DNA of 63,334 bases, the filler included, from Choristocarpus tenellus KU-1152 (lineage: Eukaryota; Protista; Phaeophyceae): assembly GCA_964200185.2 (NCBI GenBank). It is 10 parts of 10 records of this genome, joined end to end, with 100 filler letters (N's around TTAATTAATTAA, not from the genome) between each part and the next. Parts side by side here need not be neighbours in the genome. Positions count along the whole stretch, not along the records: positions 12,723 to 20,663 come from CAXNAD020005363.1; positions 20,764 to 28,617 come from CAXNAD020005490.1; 8 more parts are not named here. One strand, 5' to 3'. Below the pieces are notes generated by a model. It made no database searches and was not told the origin of the DNA. It saw only the letters and a program-made list of their open reading frames with translations. The translations under genes and the position numbers were made by a program. Each line of letters begins with the position of its first letter. The stretch's first letter is position 1. Below are positions 12,723-27,500 of this stretch, piece after piece.

Positions 12723-13073
12723 CCCCCTTCCTTCTCTCTTCCTGCTTGTTGACTCTTTTCCTGAGTTATCTTCTGAGGGATTGATCTCCCTCTTTGACCT
12801 TGTCTCTCTTTGATCTGTCCTCCTGTCTGTCCTCCTGTTGGTCTTCCCGCTCTCCTTCATTACGAAGAACCTGTCGACTGTTTCCACCTGTTTAACAGAA
12901 GTACAAATATATATAAAATCTAGGACTTCAAGGTCAAAATATTGTTTATGAAACGGCATCAAGACATATCGGCTGTAACAGGTCTTGGATTCGGTCATAG
13001 AGACAACAAGTTTCCAAGTTCGTGTTATTACGTCGATTTCAACACTTCTGTTGGATTCGTACTTGTACATCAT
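12723..13073 (-). CDS. 5' end of an unknown gene, divergent from the DUF3007 gene
   Basis: MMYKYESNRSVEID|intron|VETVDRFFVMKESGK... runs to the contig end. Confidence 0.35.
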
Positions 13074-13441
13074 GAAATGACATGGAGCAAAAACGCCACT
13101 TACTTTCAGTTGCATTTGGATGGATTTGATTGGGTATAGAAACACGTCCTTTCGTGGATACTTTTACCCAACATTTGGTCTCGGTCGGTCACTCGATTAT
13201 TGGTTGTGAAGGGTTACTACTGTCGAGTTCATCATGTAATTGAACAAGGTTCAATGAGATTCTACACTACTACTAATATGGGGACCTATTGTTTGCTGGG
13301 TCTTCATCTGGGTTTCTTGTGAGTTTGCAATCCTATTTATTACACACATCAAAACATCATATATCTATCTTCCGCGCGCTTAGAATCGTGCACTCAACGC
13401 GCCAGACCATCACTCACTCTCAACTCACCAGACTGGACGAG

Positions 13442-16400
13442 ATGCGCTCCTTCAATGTTGTTGTCGTGCTGGTTGCGTTGGCGGTGGAAGTATCCCGCTC
13501 ATGTGCTTTCCTACCCTCCCTTATCCTAACGGGAACCTCTCGGGCGAGGCCATGTTCGGGTCCTTCATTGGTGTGCAGGTGGTAATTTAAGTCCTCATAG
13601 CGATATTGAGGCATTTATGTGTACCTACGAGTTATGTTGATGTTGGAATGACTCGGGGACGATTCACAGCTTTCTTCCTCTTGATGTTTTTTGTGAAATG
13701 GGGATAGAGAGAAAGGGGTAGTTTGTGGTTTTCCTCATCAATTCAGGGTAATGTGGTCAGGTCGTTCAACTCCAGGATGATTGAAGAACAGTCTTGATAG
13801 GGGCTCTGCCAATATGAAGATGATATTGGGGGCAACGACTGTAATAGATGACTGCAAATGGACCTCTTCTGTCACTCCTTTTTCCCCCCTAGGTAGAGCC
13901 CTTGATTATGCAGGGCAATCAAGGCAGACGAAATGTTATGAACCTTACATTGACAATGTAATCATTATTTAATCCACATTGGACCTGTCATACGTCATGT
14001 TCGCTCGATAAACTGAATAGACCAAGCTCGCCTTTGGTAGTGCACAAGCATACACCATTGGGTTTGATGGCTGTTGTCGAAGGTGAGGGTGCTGTGGTCG
14101 AGTCGGCGGGGGATGAGGTAGCGCCACCTGTTCCAACACCACCAGCAGAGGGGGGAAATCTTCCCTTTTTCCTTGACGCTAATACTAGGTAAGCTACAAT
14201 GTTCGCATGTGTATGATTGCAGTGTGTTCCCAGTTCATATTACCAGGATTATGCTCATATTTTGTCTGCCGATGATCGCACAGCACTGGTAAGGGGGACG
14301 ACGGGTGTTAGAAACAATGAGAAAGTTGGTAGTCATACTCATGTTGACGAGAGTCGTTTTTTTTTTAATCTCTGATGTTTTTGTGGAAAGAAGTATGAAC
14401 GGTCTCCAGGCTACTGCTGCCTGCCTTTCAAGTAACTAGGCTCTCTCCAATATTCTTGCTTCAGTATGCTTTATGTTATGTGACCTTCGAAGCACCAGGT
14501 TGTGAGTGCCTTTCTATAGTTCAACTTGGTAATTTTCAGCTCATGTACTATTTTGGGATTGTATTGTCATTGTTGCAGTGCTTAGCCTGACTGATGCAAT
14601 CATTGACCATGTTGAACAAACGAAACAATTGCTGAGGTGACCTAATGAGTTTACTTTTTGTCCTGATTCATGAGAAATGTTTCCATAGAAATATTCTTGT
14701 TAAAGTTCTAGTTGTAATCTGGCCTCAATCACTGGTGGGTTGAAGCAGCAACCTGTGATGATGTATGCAACAACTGAAGTTACCTTTTTTTCTGCTAATT
14801 GATGATGCTCACATTGCTTTAGTTTGCTCAACACCCCAGTGCCCAGCCTAACTGCACCAAGACAGCATCAAACCTTGACCTTCATTAAGAAAAAAAAAAG
14901 CCTGTGATGAACAGTTTCACAAGTGAAATTCTTTTTTTCTTGGCTCATGCCTGGTTCTTCTTTTAGGGGTGGTGCTGTCGTCGTTCCGGTGCTCAGCCTG
15001 GTTGTCCCCGTGGGAGTGTATTTTGCACTGATTGCTGGTGGAGTGGAGGACACCAAAGCTGGTGAGAGGTCCTATCTCTCTTATGTGCACACTCTCTCTG
15101 TATTGCTAAAGAGGGTGGTGTTTTGCTGTTGATGATATTGACGATGATGGTGAATCTTGACCCTGTTCTAAGCTGTGCTGCACCTGCAACAAACCGTGAA
15201 CATTTTTATTATTTTATTTTATTTTATTTTGTTATTTTCATTCACGGATTCCCCGTGAATGCAATACGGACGTGGATGTGGTTGCGGAAGGAGAACATAT
15301 ATTTAGGTTTAGGGTTGCCGTTGAAGGGGATTTCAGCAAGGGGCAGTGTTTTTTTTTAGCAGATGGATTTACTAAAAACAATTGTTGGCCTTGCCACTCA
15401 CTGTTACATTCGATGGCATCATGGATTACAAAATTTCAGTATGATTGCCATATAACTCCATGTTACAATTTTGTGATGCGCTTACCACTATTGCATCCAT
15501 CTTTGTGAGGCTCAACTGTTTTGGTGAAAATGACCCACTGGGTCCCGCATAACTCAGCCCCAATCTAGACCTGTCGATCTAGCAAGCCCCGTCAATGTAT
15601 CATTTACACCACTTATTGCCCACAAATTTGTTTGATGTAGTTACTTCTATACTACGTGGAAATGACTTAGACATCTTCTGACGTGAGTGATGCTACAATA
15701 TAGTAATATGAACGAGAGGGTAGGGGAAGCTACTGAGTGGTTCCATAATATTGGCTTAGTATGACAAATGCGCATAATTCTTACAGGCTAAAGCTCAACG
15801 CTAGCGTTGCTCCACAAAAAAAATTCAAGACCACTTTCGCCACGACATGTTTATTTGCCATTATTATTTGCTAACTTACAGTCTGGAACTCCACCCCACC
15901 TTCACACTACCTATATCCCTAACCCTAACCCTAACCCTAAGGTGGCCATTCACACTGCAGCATTTCTTAAACATACCCTGACAATTACCTGTTGCTCTGC
16001 AACGAATTGCACTGCCCCGTGTGTGACTTGAACTGACTTGAACCGGCTTGATTTTTTTTCTCGCGGGATTGGTTTAGCCGTCTCACCACTCATCGCTCCA
16101 CCACCTCCTCCCTCGAATCTGGAGTGTACTCCCTCTGTCCAGACCGAATCTTCGCCACTGCCATCCAGATCTTTGCGTACTTCCCTCTTTTTGGTTTAGC
16201 GTAAGATTGTATCATAAGGCACTTGTGCCTTCCTAACGTGCTTGCCACATGGTCCATCAAAGTCAAGTCTCCTGTGAAGAAAAATCTGACCTCTTCAACC
16301 AGGCTTCAAGCCTAGGCACCTCCTCGACAGAGTGTTGGCAGAGTTTTTACGGGTGGACAATGACCTAACCCTAAGTGGACGACATGCTTCTCCGTGACAA

Positions 16401-19289
16401 TTGGGTTGGGGTCTGTTTCCTCTGTAGTACATACCATCTGAGACAAAGCTTAGAGCCCCGTTCCTCATTGTTGCAAGTTGTCCAGGATGTTGCTTAGAAT
16501 ATGTATAAAAAATAAAAATAGAAATAGTGCTGTCCTGGATAACGCCCCGAACCTATCTCCTCTATAGCGTATGTTGTCCAGGACAATGCTTCGAGTGTGT
16601 TTCGAACACGATGTTTATTCCCCAGGTTATAACTCAGGGGGGTATCTTTCTTCTTTTATGTGCATTTTTAAGGGTAACGTTTGGAACCCATTTGCTCCGT
16701 AGCGTGTACGTTGTCTGGGGCAATGCTTGGAGCCTATTTTCTCTATGTACCATGTCTTGGATATTTCTTGAATTCTGTTTCTCCTCTAATGCTTGTCGTG
16801 AAACGATTGGTTTGTTCGCCTATTATGCTAAAGTACTGAGTTGTGTTGTAAAGATACTGAGATGTCAATGTACCACTGACGCACTGATCTCGGGTGAGAC
16901 TTGCTCCTTGGTGCAATTGGTTTCTTGACAAAACCAGAGAATGGTACACTGTGTGGCTCATAGAGTGGGTCATCACCCACTGCACATAGCCTCTGCCAAG
17001 TCGCTGAGTGGTCATCTGGAGCTTTATACTTCTCCTTGTGCCCTGCAAGATTTTTTTTTTTCTATTCCTTATCCTCTGGATCAACATTTGAACCCGCTGC
17101 TTTTACTTTTGTAAAGATGCATTGAAATATCGCTGTATCATTGATGAACAAGTCTTGTTTGAGAATAGTGCCTCTATGATACAGTGGTATCTCATTGCCT
17201 TGCTATTTTCCCCCTGTCCCTCAATATTACGGACCGCATCATTTACCCTAACCTTTCTGCTCCTGTATGTTAGTCACGTATCCCTTGTAGAACTGGGATT
17301 GCTGTGGTTGTCATAGTGACCTACTCTTATATCTCCAAGTGTGTGCTTCAGAACTCAGGACTGAGGAAGGAGGATCTTGATATGAGCTGTGCATTGTGCA
17401 ACACCACTGATTTGAGTGGTGATGATATTATTTGTCATCATGGTTCACTCAATGTGTATGAAAATCTGCTCCTCTCCTACTGTGCACTGCTCTCCCACCC
17501 TCGTTTCACTTCCCTTTCCCTGTGCAACCGATGCAGTGTGTAAGAACCAAGTATTCCATTCCCTTGACATGGTAGTATTTCAATGTCGCAAGGTATTTCC
17601 TGAGAAGTTCGTTACAAAATAATTAATACACTCTTCACAAAAAAAATTCCCCCCCTGTAATGCTGTGACTGTGGTGCTGGGAAGTACTGAATAGGAATTT
17701 TATGTTTTTGGTGCTGGTAACTGAAAAGTAACGTTTCAACCCCCCCCTCACTCCCCACCTCCAACATGCCAAACCTCCGTTATGTATTTTGTGCTGAAAC
17801 CTGTTGCTTACAGGGGCATGGGTGGCAGTAGGGTTCACCATGGTTGGTCTCATTGGCTGGGTGGGATCTTACTTCTTTAGAGTGGCCACCAAGAACATGA
17901 CTTATGCAGAGCAGGTGATCAGGTTGCATATAAGAGTGGTCATTGTGTTCAGAGTGAATTGGGGGTGATCTATGACCCAAGTGTCCAATTTGCTCTGTGC
18001 GACATGCACACCATTGTGTTGGTGCATCTACTATTGTTTTCGCTCCACTTCTCCTTTACCCTCTTATGTTGACCTTTTTTGTGCTTGATTGAGCATGCCA
18101 TGGGAATTGTTGCCTGTAAGACATGTTAGATACCCAGTTGAAGGAGTGACTTTTGGATCATGTTGAGGGTCTTTTGGATGGGAATAGTGTGCTGCTGACC
18201 GTCTTTGAGTATTGATGTTGGATACTGCTTGTCAAGAGATTATGGGATGTGCATCATTGTACATCAAATAATATGTGCCATTTGGGGTCTATATCATGTA
18301 CAAACCATTCCCATGCTGGCAACAAAATATTGGCCTTTAGCCAAACATACACATGAAATATTGCTTTGATGGGACTCTTACACTAGGTTTTCAATGACGA
18401 GAAATATTTTTAGTAATGAACTTTCCTGTTGGTGTAGTGTATTGAATGCATTAGACATGCTTGCATGAGAGTAGAAGGACAATGATGTGTCGTGTGTTCA
18501 GAAATTCTTCAACTAAATGAAACAGGAATGTTGTGTGTAAGTCCATGTGTGCTGCTTTGAGTACTTCACACAGGAAGATAATTAACATTGGCAGAGGTAT
18601 CGCACAGCCTGTGATGTTTTGTCGGAAATAAATAATAAAATTTATTTGCTATGCAGTGTTTCTTAGTTGAGAAGATATGTTGGTATTCATACGATGGGTG
18701 TGTTTGGGGTTTCTACCAGAAGCAAGGAGGGTATGGTGAAAATATTTGTTATCTTTAGTGTCTTCTTTTGTATGGAAACCTAACTAGAAGCTTCCCAGGC
18801 AAAAGAGTCTTTAAAGTTTTGTCTGATGGTGAGCACATTGCTGAAAAATAATGACGCAGTCTGTTCTTGCAGGTCACATCAAGTAATGGGACTTTGATCA
18901 TGGGAAAGGCTAATATGCCCCCTCTTTTATAATGCCGTGTGGTGCAAGCTGGAATTTATCTTGGTAGGTTGGATCCACAGGTGGACGTGCTTCTAATATG
19001 TAAGGCTGATTGCCATAGTTTTTGGAGTGGAACGTGTGAGGTAGTATTCGTTTTTGAAAACAACTTTGAAACTGTTGTAATAGTGTATGTCTTGTTGGTT
19101 TCCCCAACAAACCTTTCCTGATCTCCTTTCTGACTTTCTTCGTCCTTTTGTCGACTGTCTTGGAATCAACCTTTGTTACTCCTTGATGAGCAGCTCCGGA
19201 ATTATGAGCAGGCAGTGATCCAAAAGCGATTTGAGGAGCTGAACAGTGATGAGGTAGATGCCCTTCTTGATGAGGTAAATGAGGGTTGA
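13442..19289 (+). CDS. DUF3007-family plastid membrane protein (exons 13442-13578, 14021-14188, 14967-15061, 17814-17914, 19194-19289)
   Basis: Exon phases are consistent. Signal peptide ending SCAFLP (ASAFAP-like) plus transit region. Core ...GWVGSYFFRVATKNMTYAEQLRNYEQAVIQKRFEELNSDEVDALLDE matches cyanobacterial/plastid DUF3007. The final stop assumes no further intron. Confidence 0.85.
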
Positions 19290-20604
19290 CTTTGGAACAA
19301 CCTTATTTTACAGGAAGGTTTGCTGGTGATGAAGGTTTGGTATATCTCGACCAGTTGGAATCAGTTCTGGTTTTCCAATTGTACATTAGATTATGCTGGA
19401 CAGATGTCTATGTCGTAGGGGAGTGTTGTGGCTTGAGTTAACCCAATGGTAGACTTAAGGATGCAAGGATGCAAAGATAATAATTTCCTAGCTGCTTCAT
19501 TGTGTGCATGCGTCTGTCTTTGTGTGTGCACATTCTTGTCACCATTGCTGGGGGAAGGGCGCCAGTATATGATTTATTGAATGCTAGTTCCTAAACTCTG
19601 GGTGCATACAATACTACAAACAAAACGTTCATGGCACCATGTGAGAGTTGATCAAGTATCGTGGAAGACATGGACGACACTGGGACTCTGCTGCATAGAT
19701 ATTGGTGCCTGACATTCACAATTTGGTGTCGTAAAGAAGTAATGGAGAAGACAGGAATAGACCCCCATACAATTGCTGTCTGTGGGTGTTTTTGAGTGTT
19801 TAAATTGCGCAGCTGCAACTCTTGTGATTAAGAAAAAGAATAATGGGAAATAGTGCCAGTGGCATGCAATGTCCCAACGCCACCAGAGTTGCTCAAGTGA
19901 TAAGTGCAGTCTGTTCCAAATCCGATGCTTTTGTCTAGTTGATCTTATGTTCTCTCTGTACTTAGACCTTGTCAGTGTGTGTAGCTACGCTATGACGTGC
20001 ATCATTGTACTCCCATGGTCAGCCCTACTTCGATGCTGCCCTGTACAGATACATGCATGGAGAGTATTGCAGGCTTACCCTGCCCTACTTTGATCGTGAT
20101 GTGTTGAGCATTCCACTTCCAAATAAATAATGTGTCTTCCAACGCAGTGAATTCTTTTCCCTGTGGCATAGTTCCACAAGTGCGTAGTTATTGTGGGGAA
20201 AGCACCCATGCAAACAAGAGTTTCTTCCCACACAATACTTGAAGCAGGTAATGGACAATAACTTGCGTATACATACTACACTACTCAACAGATGCAGTTA
20301 GATACGCCCAGAATCTTCACAACCAAAAAAGGAAACAAGTGGCATGGCCTCTATAACACAACACCCTCTTCTATATGTATGTTCTTGTTTCCTGTGGAGA
20401 GGAACAGGTTACTGCGGAAACAGAACAAGAGGGTGGACGGGGTGGTTGAATCTGGGAGGGTTTGCCTTTCTATGCTGTTGATACCTCGCATGGCATTTTC
20501 CTGATTTCCCAAGTTCCCTTGACCCATCCCTTCTGACATGCTTCGCTTCTATGACTTGTTGCGCCATCCCAATAGTGTAGGTATGCATCATTTGTTGTTG
20601 CAAT

Positions 20605-20663
20605 GGCTCAAAGTATCTGAGGGGGGGTGGGGAGGGTCTACAACAGGGTGTCAATTTGGACCC
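20605..20663. mobile_element. MITE family B terminus at a contig end (others at ~46-77, 8357-8420, 28718-28789, 54521-54562, 54663-54726, 57774-57793, 63309-63334)
   Basis: GG(C/G)TCAAAGTATCT followed by a poly-G tract, adjacent to a linker or window edge. Confidence 0.75.
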
Positions 20664-21373
20664 NNNNNNNNNNNNNNNNNNNNNNNNNNNNNNNNNNNNN
20701 NNNNNNNTTAATTAATTAANNNNNNNNNNNNNNNNNNNNNNNNNNNNNNNNNNNNNNNNNNNNCAGACCCGCCGCGAGCTCGGTTTTTTTTTTTGCTGTG
20801 ACTGATGTGTTGTGTTACCGGTGGGGGGGCGAGGGGGAGAGAGATTATGCATTCGAAATTGTGCGTTTGGTAGCAGGGGTTGTGCCTCAGAGAGGTTCAT
20901 AGAACCCAAAGCCCCACAGTAGATGCTCCGAATATGTGTTTGGTGAATTGAGGTTGAAGGACAGGGGTTACTTAGTTGTGTTAACGAGATCACCAAAGGT
21001 GGAGTGGCTGTATGTTGTATGTACGGGAGGGGCGGGTTTTTGTATATGAAGGCTTGAGGTTTGTATCCCTTCATGGCCATGCAAATTCTCACGGAATGCT
21101 CCCTAATCTCAAATGGTCAATCAAATGTCAGGAAATACTTCATGTAGGAGTAAGTATACACATGAGTTCATGCATACAGTGCACTAACGCAGTTATTAAT
21201 TACTTAAATTAATGCTTAAAAGGACGCGTGGTAAATGTCTTTTGGTAAGGCTGTGCATTTTTGCTAGTTGTGATCGGTCCTCAAAGCACTGCTTTTTGTG
21301 TCCCTCCTGTCTCACTCTTCTTATTGTGCTTTATTTTTGTTTTTCACCCAATTTTGCTGTCGTAATTTATTAG

Positions 21374-24300
21374 ATCATGTTCGTGGATAGAGCAAGCCCT
21401 GAATCTCGAAAGAAGTGCTTGGAGGTGAGTAGGGTTAGCAAGTTCAGAGCTGTAGCATTCCAGATTGCTCTTGAAGTATTAGGAAGGATATGGGCTGGCT
21501 CTCTTCGTGCCTCATGTACTTCCTGTGATGCTTTCTGTGTCAAGGGTTGGTGCTCCTTTGCAGGTGTATTTTTTGTCCAGAATCTGCCTCTGAAGTATGT
21601 GTTATTTGCTGTGTTGGTGAGTCTGTCCCAGAACTGGTTAGGACAGTAGGTTATAGAGGAGAGCAAGAACGACTTCTTTGTAGTGTTTTGTGTAGTATGT
21701 TTGAAAGTTTTAGTTTAAATCTTGAATTACGATGTATGTACACCTTTTTGTAGGTCTGTAGGTCTCATTTTGGTCAAGTACTTGGTACAAGGTGTGTGTG
21801 TGTTGCAGTGGAGCCCTTTGGGTTGTGTGATGACTTCAATACTTCAAATGCACAACTCCAGAGTACAGTGATGATATGGGCTACAGTAGATGTGTGTACT
21901 TAAATTTTCAAATCCGTCACACAACACACAGATCCCCAATGTAACATGTACACCTGGATTGTAGTTCTTGCACACGTAACACCCACAAACCTCCCCACCC
22001 CCGTACATTTTGCCTACTTGCACCTGAGACTAGTTTATGCACATCTGTACAGTGTACCCCACCTTCGGTGTGAGATAATCAACCCTCCTTAAACAGTACT
22101 CACATTTCGTATCTCCATTCTCCAGGATATTGCCACAAGGGGGGATGTGATGTCTGATTTCCCACGGGTGCTCATATTTCCGGAGGGGACCTGCACCAAC
22201 CAACGTGCTCTAATCACTTTCAAGCACGGACCCTTCTACCCTGGACACCCCGTTCAGCCGGTGGTCGTTCGATACCACTTCCAGAGCATGGACCCGTCAT
22301 ATCCAGCTGTGTCACCAAGCCTTGGTGGCCTTGCCCTTAGGTATTGGATTGGGTCATTGTCCTTGATTTATGCTGCAAAATTTGACTTTTCTGTGGTGCG
22401 GCTGGGGTGAAGGATCAACTGGGTGGGCGACCTCGTTTGTTCTCCTATCTGTCTCACTCTCTTCCCTCTCTGATCGCCGCATTCCAACTTCTCTTCCTAC
22501 CTGGGCTAACTTTCCCAACCCCCCTTCCTGCTCACCTTTCAGGGTGATGTGTCAGGTGTTCAACTGCATGGAAGTAGAGTACTTGCCGGTTTACGTTCCC
22601 AGTGCTCAGGATAAGGCAAATGCTGCTGTCTATGCAGAAAATGTCCAGGTTAGAATTGGGGTTAGTTTTCTGGACCACATTTCTGGGCAAGGTTTGGGAT
22701 GGCAAAGAGATGCTTGGGGTCAGGTTTCGGGCTAGTGTTAGCCCTCCTCTTTGCATAAGATGTGGAAAGTTAGTGTTAGGATGTTGTTGAAGGTGAACCT
22801 TATGTTTTTTTATCCCCCAAGGCAGTGTAATGTGCAGGAATGTAGGAATGATGAGTATTGTGTGCGTTTTGTTGTTGAAGGTGATGTCCTACTTGCTATC
22901 TTGCTCGATTTCTTATCCTCAGATTCAACGGCTGCTGCTGCATTGTTTTGTGATAATTGTAATCTGGGAAAGATGCCCCGAAAGAGGTTTCATTATGGTA
23001 TCGACTCATTAGATTGTTTCGTTCCACATGTTTCTCTCTTCTTCCATCTAATAAACCCTCTCGGCAACAGAAGTACATGGCCAATTCCCTTGGCGTGCCA
23101 GTAACCCAACATGCTTTTGAAGATGTAGCACTTCAGTTCCAGGCCATGAAGATGAAGCACGATCCGGAGGTAGGCAGACAGGGGGTGCTTGGCTAATATG
23201 TTCCTTGATATTGACAGCATATTGATTGTGTTGGTTGTAATTGGCTTTCCAACATGTGCTGTGCATTGTTCATGCGTGCAAGGATGTAGATAGAAATGAA
23301 GTTTTTGTTCGATTCTGATGATATTCCTCTCCTCCTTGGGGAGATATATGGTTGGTAAGGCCGAGAGAGTAAAAAAGACTGCCTGGCAACGGTATTATCC
23401 CATGTGTTCATGTATTAACAGTCAGTATTATAGTATGTGTAATACTGTTAGTGGTGTTTCAAGGTGGCGGTGGTGGAGTGGAACCTGGTGAGGGAGGCTC
23501 TGGACATTGATGCTGGCACAGCCAAGGAGTTCCTGGTGGCATTTTTCGAGATGGATACAGACCAGGATGGGAGCCTGTCCTATGAGGTATTTGAGTGTGT
23601 GTGTTCTGAATGACAGATGTGGCGTGGGGGCTGGGTTGTCTTGTTGCAGCAATCCTTTACTGTAAGAACTATTTTTGTATATAGTATGGAACTAAAATCA
23701 TTGTTTGATTTTGTTATGGTGATCAATTTTTTGGATCAAGGGGATTTCTGTGGGGGCACCACAGGCTGATGTCCGCTGCTCTGTGGTTGAGTTTGTAATC
23801 ATGCGTAGGTTAGTGGTGGTGTCAGATTTATTTGTTTTTGATTAGTGTTTCTTGTTTATGTGCTACTTGAAAATACATACATTGAGGTCCAAGCATCCAT
23901 CTCCTCACTCACGTACACACTGTCTAGCAGTATCTATGTCACTGGATGTCACAATTTTAGTAGATTGTTGCTCTCTTCTGTTTCACAGTCAAGAAATGTC
24001 TCTTTGTCTACCCACCCCAACCCTCTCACTTACTTCCATGAGCTATCCTCCAAGTATCAATGCTCAAGATGTGTTTTGTTACTTGGCTTATGAAGCAAGA
24101 GCACTAAATTTCAGAAGATAACTTAGATTACCACAATGGTTTTGTCAACTTTTAAAAAGGAATTTTCTGCTGGGTGGCGGCAAAAGAGGGCAGCGACTTT
24201 GGAATCATTATCGGCACCAGCTGAAAGTGGAGGGAGGGAACTGTTATCGTCAAGGGCAGGGTACAGCAAGCCTTTCTGGGGGGATGAAGAGGAAGGGATA

Positions 24301-24542
24301 AATGCAGCAAGGGTGGCAGAGCATGAGAAAGCGGAGCTTGGAGGTAGGTATGGGGGTGGGGAAGCAGTTTGGCAGGGCCTGGGGGAGGTCACGGGAGAGG
24401 GAGGTGCTGTGATGGAGGTGAGGAGGAGGAATGCACTGGCAGGGATGCTGTTTGAGGTGGAGATGCAAAAGATGTATGACATCTTTTGTGGAGGGGAGAG
24501 GCTAGACTTTCAACGCTTCCTTACGGGATTGGGTGTCCTCAG
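21374..24542 (+). CDS. LPCAT: Lysophospholipid acyltransferase (LPCAT/LPEAT type) with C-terminal EF-hand, partial multi-exon
   Basis: Exons encode FVDRASPESR, VLIFPEGTCTN..LITFK.GPF.PG.PVQPV, MEVEYLPVYVPS...YAENVQKYMANSLGVPVT, and EF-hand FFEMDTDQDGSLSYE. More exons may lie out to ~27700. Confidence 0.88.
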
Positions 24543-27500
24543 GTATGGAGGAGTGGGGGGGAGGGGGGCAGTGGGTGGAATATCCAGCAAGATTTCTGGT
24601 GAATGTGCATGGGGAAGAATCCTCTTTACGTGTATAGTTTCAAATATCTGTGAATAGAGTGGAGTCTTGTGCCTGTTCTATATTTGTGATCCTAGTTATT
24701 TTGCATGTGTATGGCCTTTGTTTGTGTGCATTGGGTTTTGTGTGAAGCACGTCTGAGCAGTGTTGGTATGTATGTGCTTAAATGTACTCCATGGTGTTGT
24801 GAATTGGGGTGAATCAATTGTAACTGTAGGTGGAATCTTTTGATTAATTGGCTATCTCCTTGCTAGAACGAGTGCTGCGCACATGCTTAGATTCAATCGA
24901 GTGCATTAAACCTTTTTGGACCAATCTTAATTGATTCGTAAGTTCTTTCTGCCCAATGTCCTTCATATTTTGTAGGCATGTATTTTGCTTCGCCCCCTCG
25001 TCTTGCGTGCATGTATAGGTGAGAAATGTTTAATACCTTGTTGCCATTTGTTCTGGAGGACCATGTCCAAGTGTGAGCATGGTAATCTTTGTTAACATTC
25101 AGCCTTCGTCGTGCTGCTCCAAGACCAGGCTAAGCAGATCCTGCTTGGAATGAAGGATGATTTGGGCTGAGGGTTTATTTGGGTTTAATATGTCTCTCCT
25201 TGAATGGTCAGGCTATCCCTTCTCCTTGCATAGATACGCACTGGATCTGTGCATGTTGACCCCTTGATGAGTGAAAAGGCTGTTATCGTGTCTTTTGTTT
25301 GTACTATTTGTCGATGGGGAACACTAAGGTGATTTCCTTTTTGAAAGGGGACATTGTGTTTGAGTTGTGTTGAAAACTTGTAGCTTGGAATAACACTGCC
25401 CCTAAGGTCAAAAGCACAGCAATTTAGGTTTTTACTTAGTTTGGTCAGGGTGATTATGTGATGATGCAAGGAAGAGCTTCGAGTGTAATGTATTTGGACT
25501 TCCAATTGAGTAGCTAGATGTACTTTGCTATACTACATCGCCAGACGAAGGGGCTTGGGAACTGGGATGATGAAGTTATGTCACGCTTTTCCCTGCTCCA
25601 AGTGACTGGACAGGCAAGAATCTTGTGGAATTTTCAGAAGTTGGGATTTTCTTACTGAAGAACAGTGTTGAGATCCCTGTTTTGCTGTACTTGTCAATCA
25701 TCACCTGTGTGGTGTGCAGTGCACATATAACCAAGTATACAATTTTTTTGTGAATGTATGATATGTAACACTTTTTACCACAACTACCACCAACTCTTGT
25801 GGGGCACAATTATATAAACGGAAATAGCTTACTATGCGTTTGGGCTTGTGACACACAGTTATGGGAATCAGCTTGCTGTAAGAGACCCCCAGAGTCCTCC
25901 AGATCTCAGGAGGGGTGCATTGACTCCATAGTCCCAGTTCCCAAAGCTCCTTGGTCAGATAGTGTTTGTTTTTTTTGTAGTGGCATATGTTTAAGGTGGT
26001 CCTTCCGGATGGTACATTGCCAACCCCACCCTGATTTAGTACACAAATCAAAAGCTATTTAGTAAATAGCCTAGTTACATTCACCTTACTGATCAATCAG
26101 CCGGATGAATCAGGCACTCAAGTAGTTTGTCGTATGCATCACCCACCCAATGGGGCACTGGTTGTACTTATTGCTGGCTGCGTTTATTTTGAACAGCTTC
26201 ATTGAACCGTTTCTAATTTTCCTACTGATGACATGAGCAAAATCTAAAGGAGAACATAATGCTCAGTATTATGGATGTGATACTTTCACATCGAATCTAT
26301 CGTCCGTGGTTGGGTTTGGCTGCTACTATCGAGCTGATGCTTCTCAAGGTTGTGGAAACCTGAGTCATCATCAGCGGATTGATGCGAACAATACTAGAAA
26401 TAGGGGTTGTGTTTTATGGATACATTTTTTTTGTAGTAGTGTGAGTGGGGCACAACAGAACACCAATAAACCAGCAAAGCATTGAACAACGATCTTGTTG
26501 ATGTTAACCAACAATAGTTGACATTAGCTTTGGCAAGGACAATGAATCCGTTGTCTTTGTGTGTTGGGAAGGGTTTTTGTGTGGACAACTAAGGGTATAG
26601 AGGCTGGGGCTATTCCAGCAGAGTCAACAAACCCCAACACTAATATTCTGTAGGTTTATTACGGGGGCATTTATGGGGTACTTCCGAATCCTTTTTTTCA
26701 TGTGATCATCAAGGGTGTGCTCTGTGGTATATGCTCAACAAGATGGGTGATGTGAACTTTATTGTCAAAACGCACTAAGAAGTCAGTATGAAGGGGTGGT
26801 TTATATGGAAGAGAATTGGAAATGAACACCTGCTGTTGTTGAAAGCTCGGTAGAGGTGGAAGGGGCAAATGTGTAGGACAACAAGTTGGCCACAATATGA
26901 AAGAATGAAATAATATGTAAGAGTAGGGATACATGGTATTGGATACATGGTATTGCTGTTTCATGTCAAGTCATCTTCGAGTTCTGTTCGGAGTAATTAA
27001 GAGGCGTGATGACCCGTAGGAAATATGCTTCCAATTTAGATTTTGTCTCACATGTCATCACAGAGAGAGTGTCTCCCCTTCCGAAGATCGACCTTTGAGA
27101 ACACATGCTTCCTTCTTAAGAGTAAAGATAGATTGAAGAAAAAACCTTTGTGACCTAGAGAGTGCAATCCAGCCTTGACAGATTAATGTTTGAACTTTGG
27201 ATTAAAACCCGTTTTTCGTCTTCCTATAAAGCTGGCAATCTCTTCCGTGAGTTCTCAATTTATTCCTTGGATTTTATTTATGCAAGAGGCGAAATATTTT
27301 GGGAATGTTCCTTGCCATCGTTTCTCTTCTTTCATACATTCTGATTTCCCCTTTTTTTTGTGCTGAATCCACCACACTGATTTTTCTTTGGGAAGGATGG
27401 TGTTAGCAAATGATTTGATAAGAGGAATTGCTATGGAGTCACTGGGAACATCTCCTTTTTTCACTGCTAGTGAGGTAGACACAGTGTATCACTAAACATG

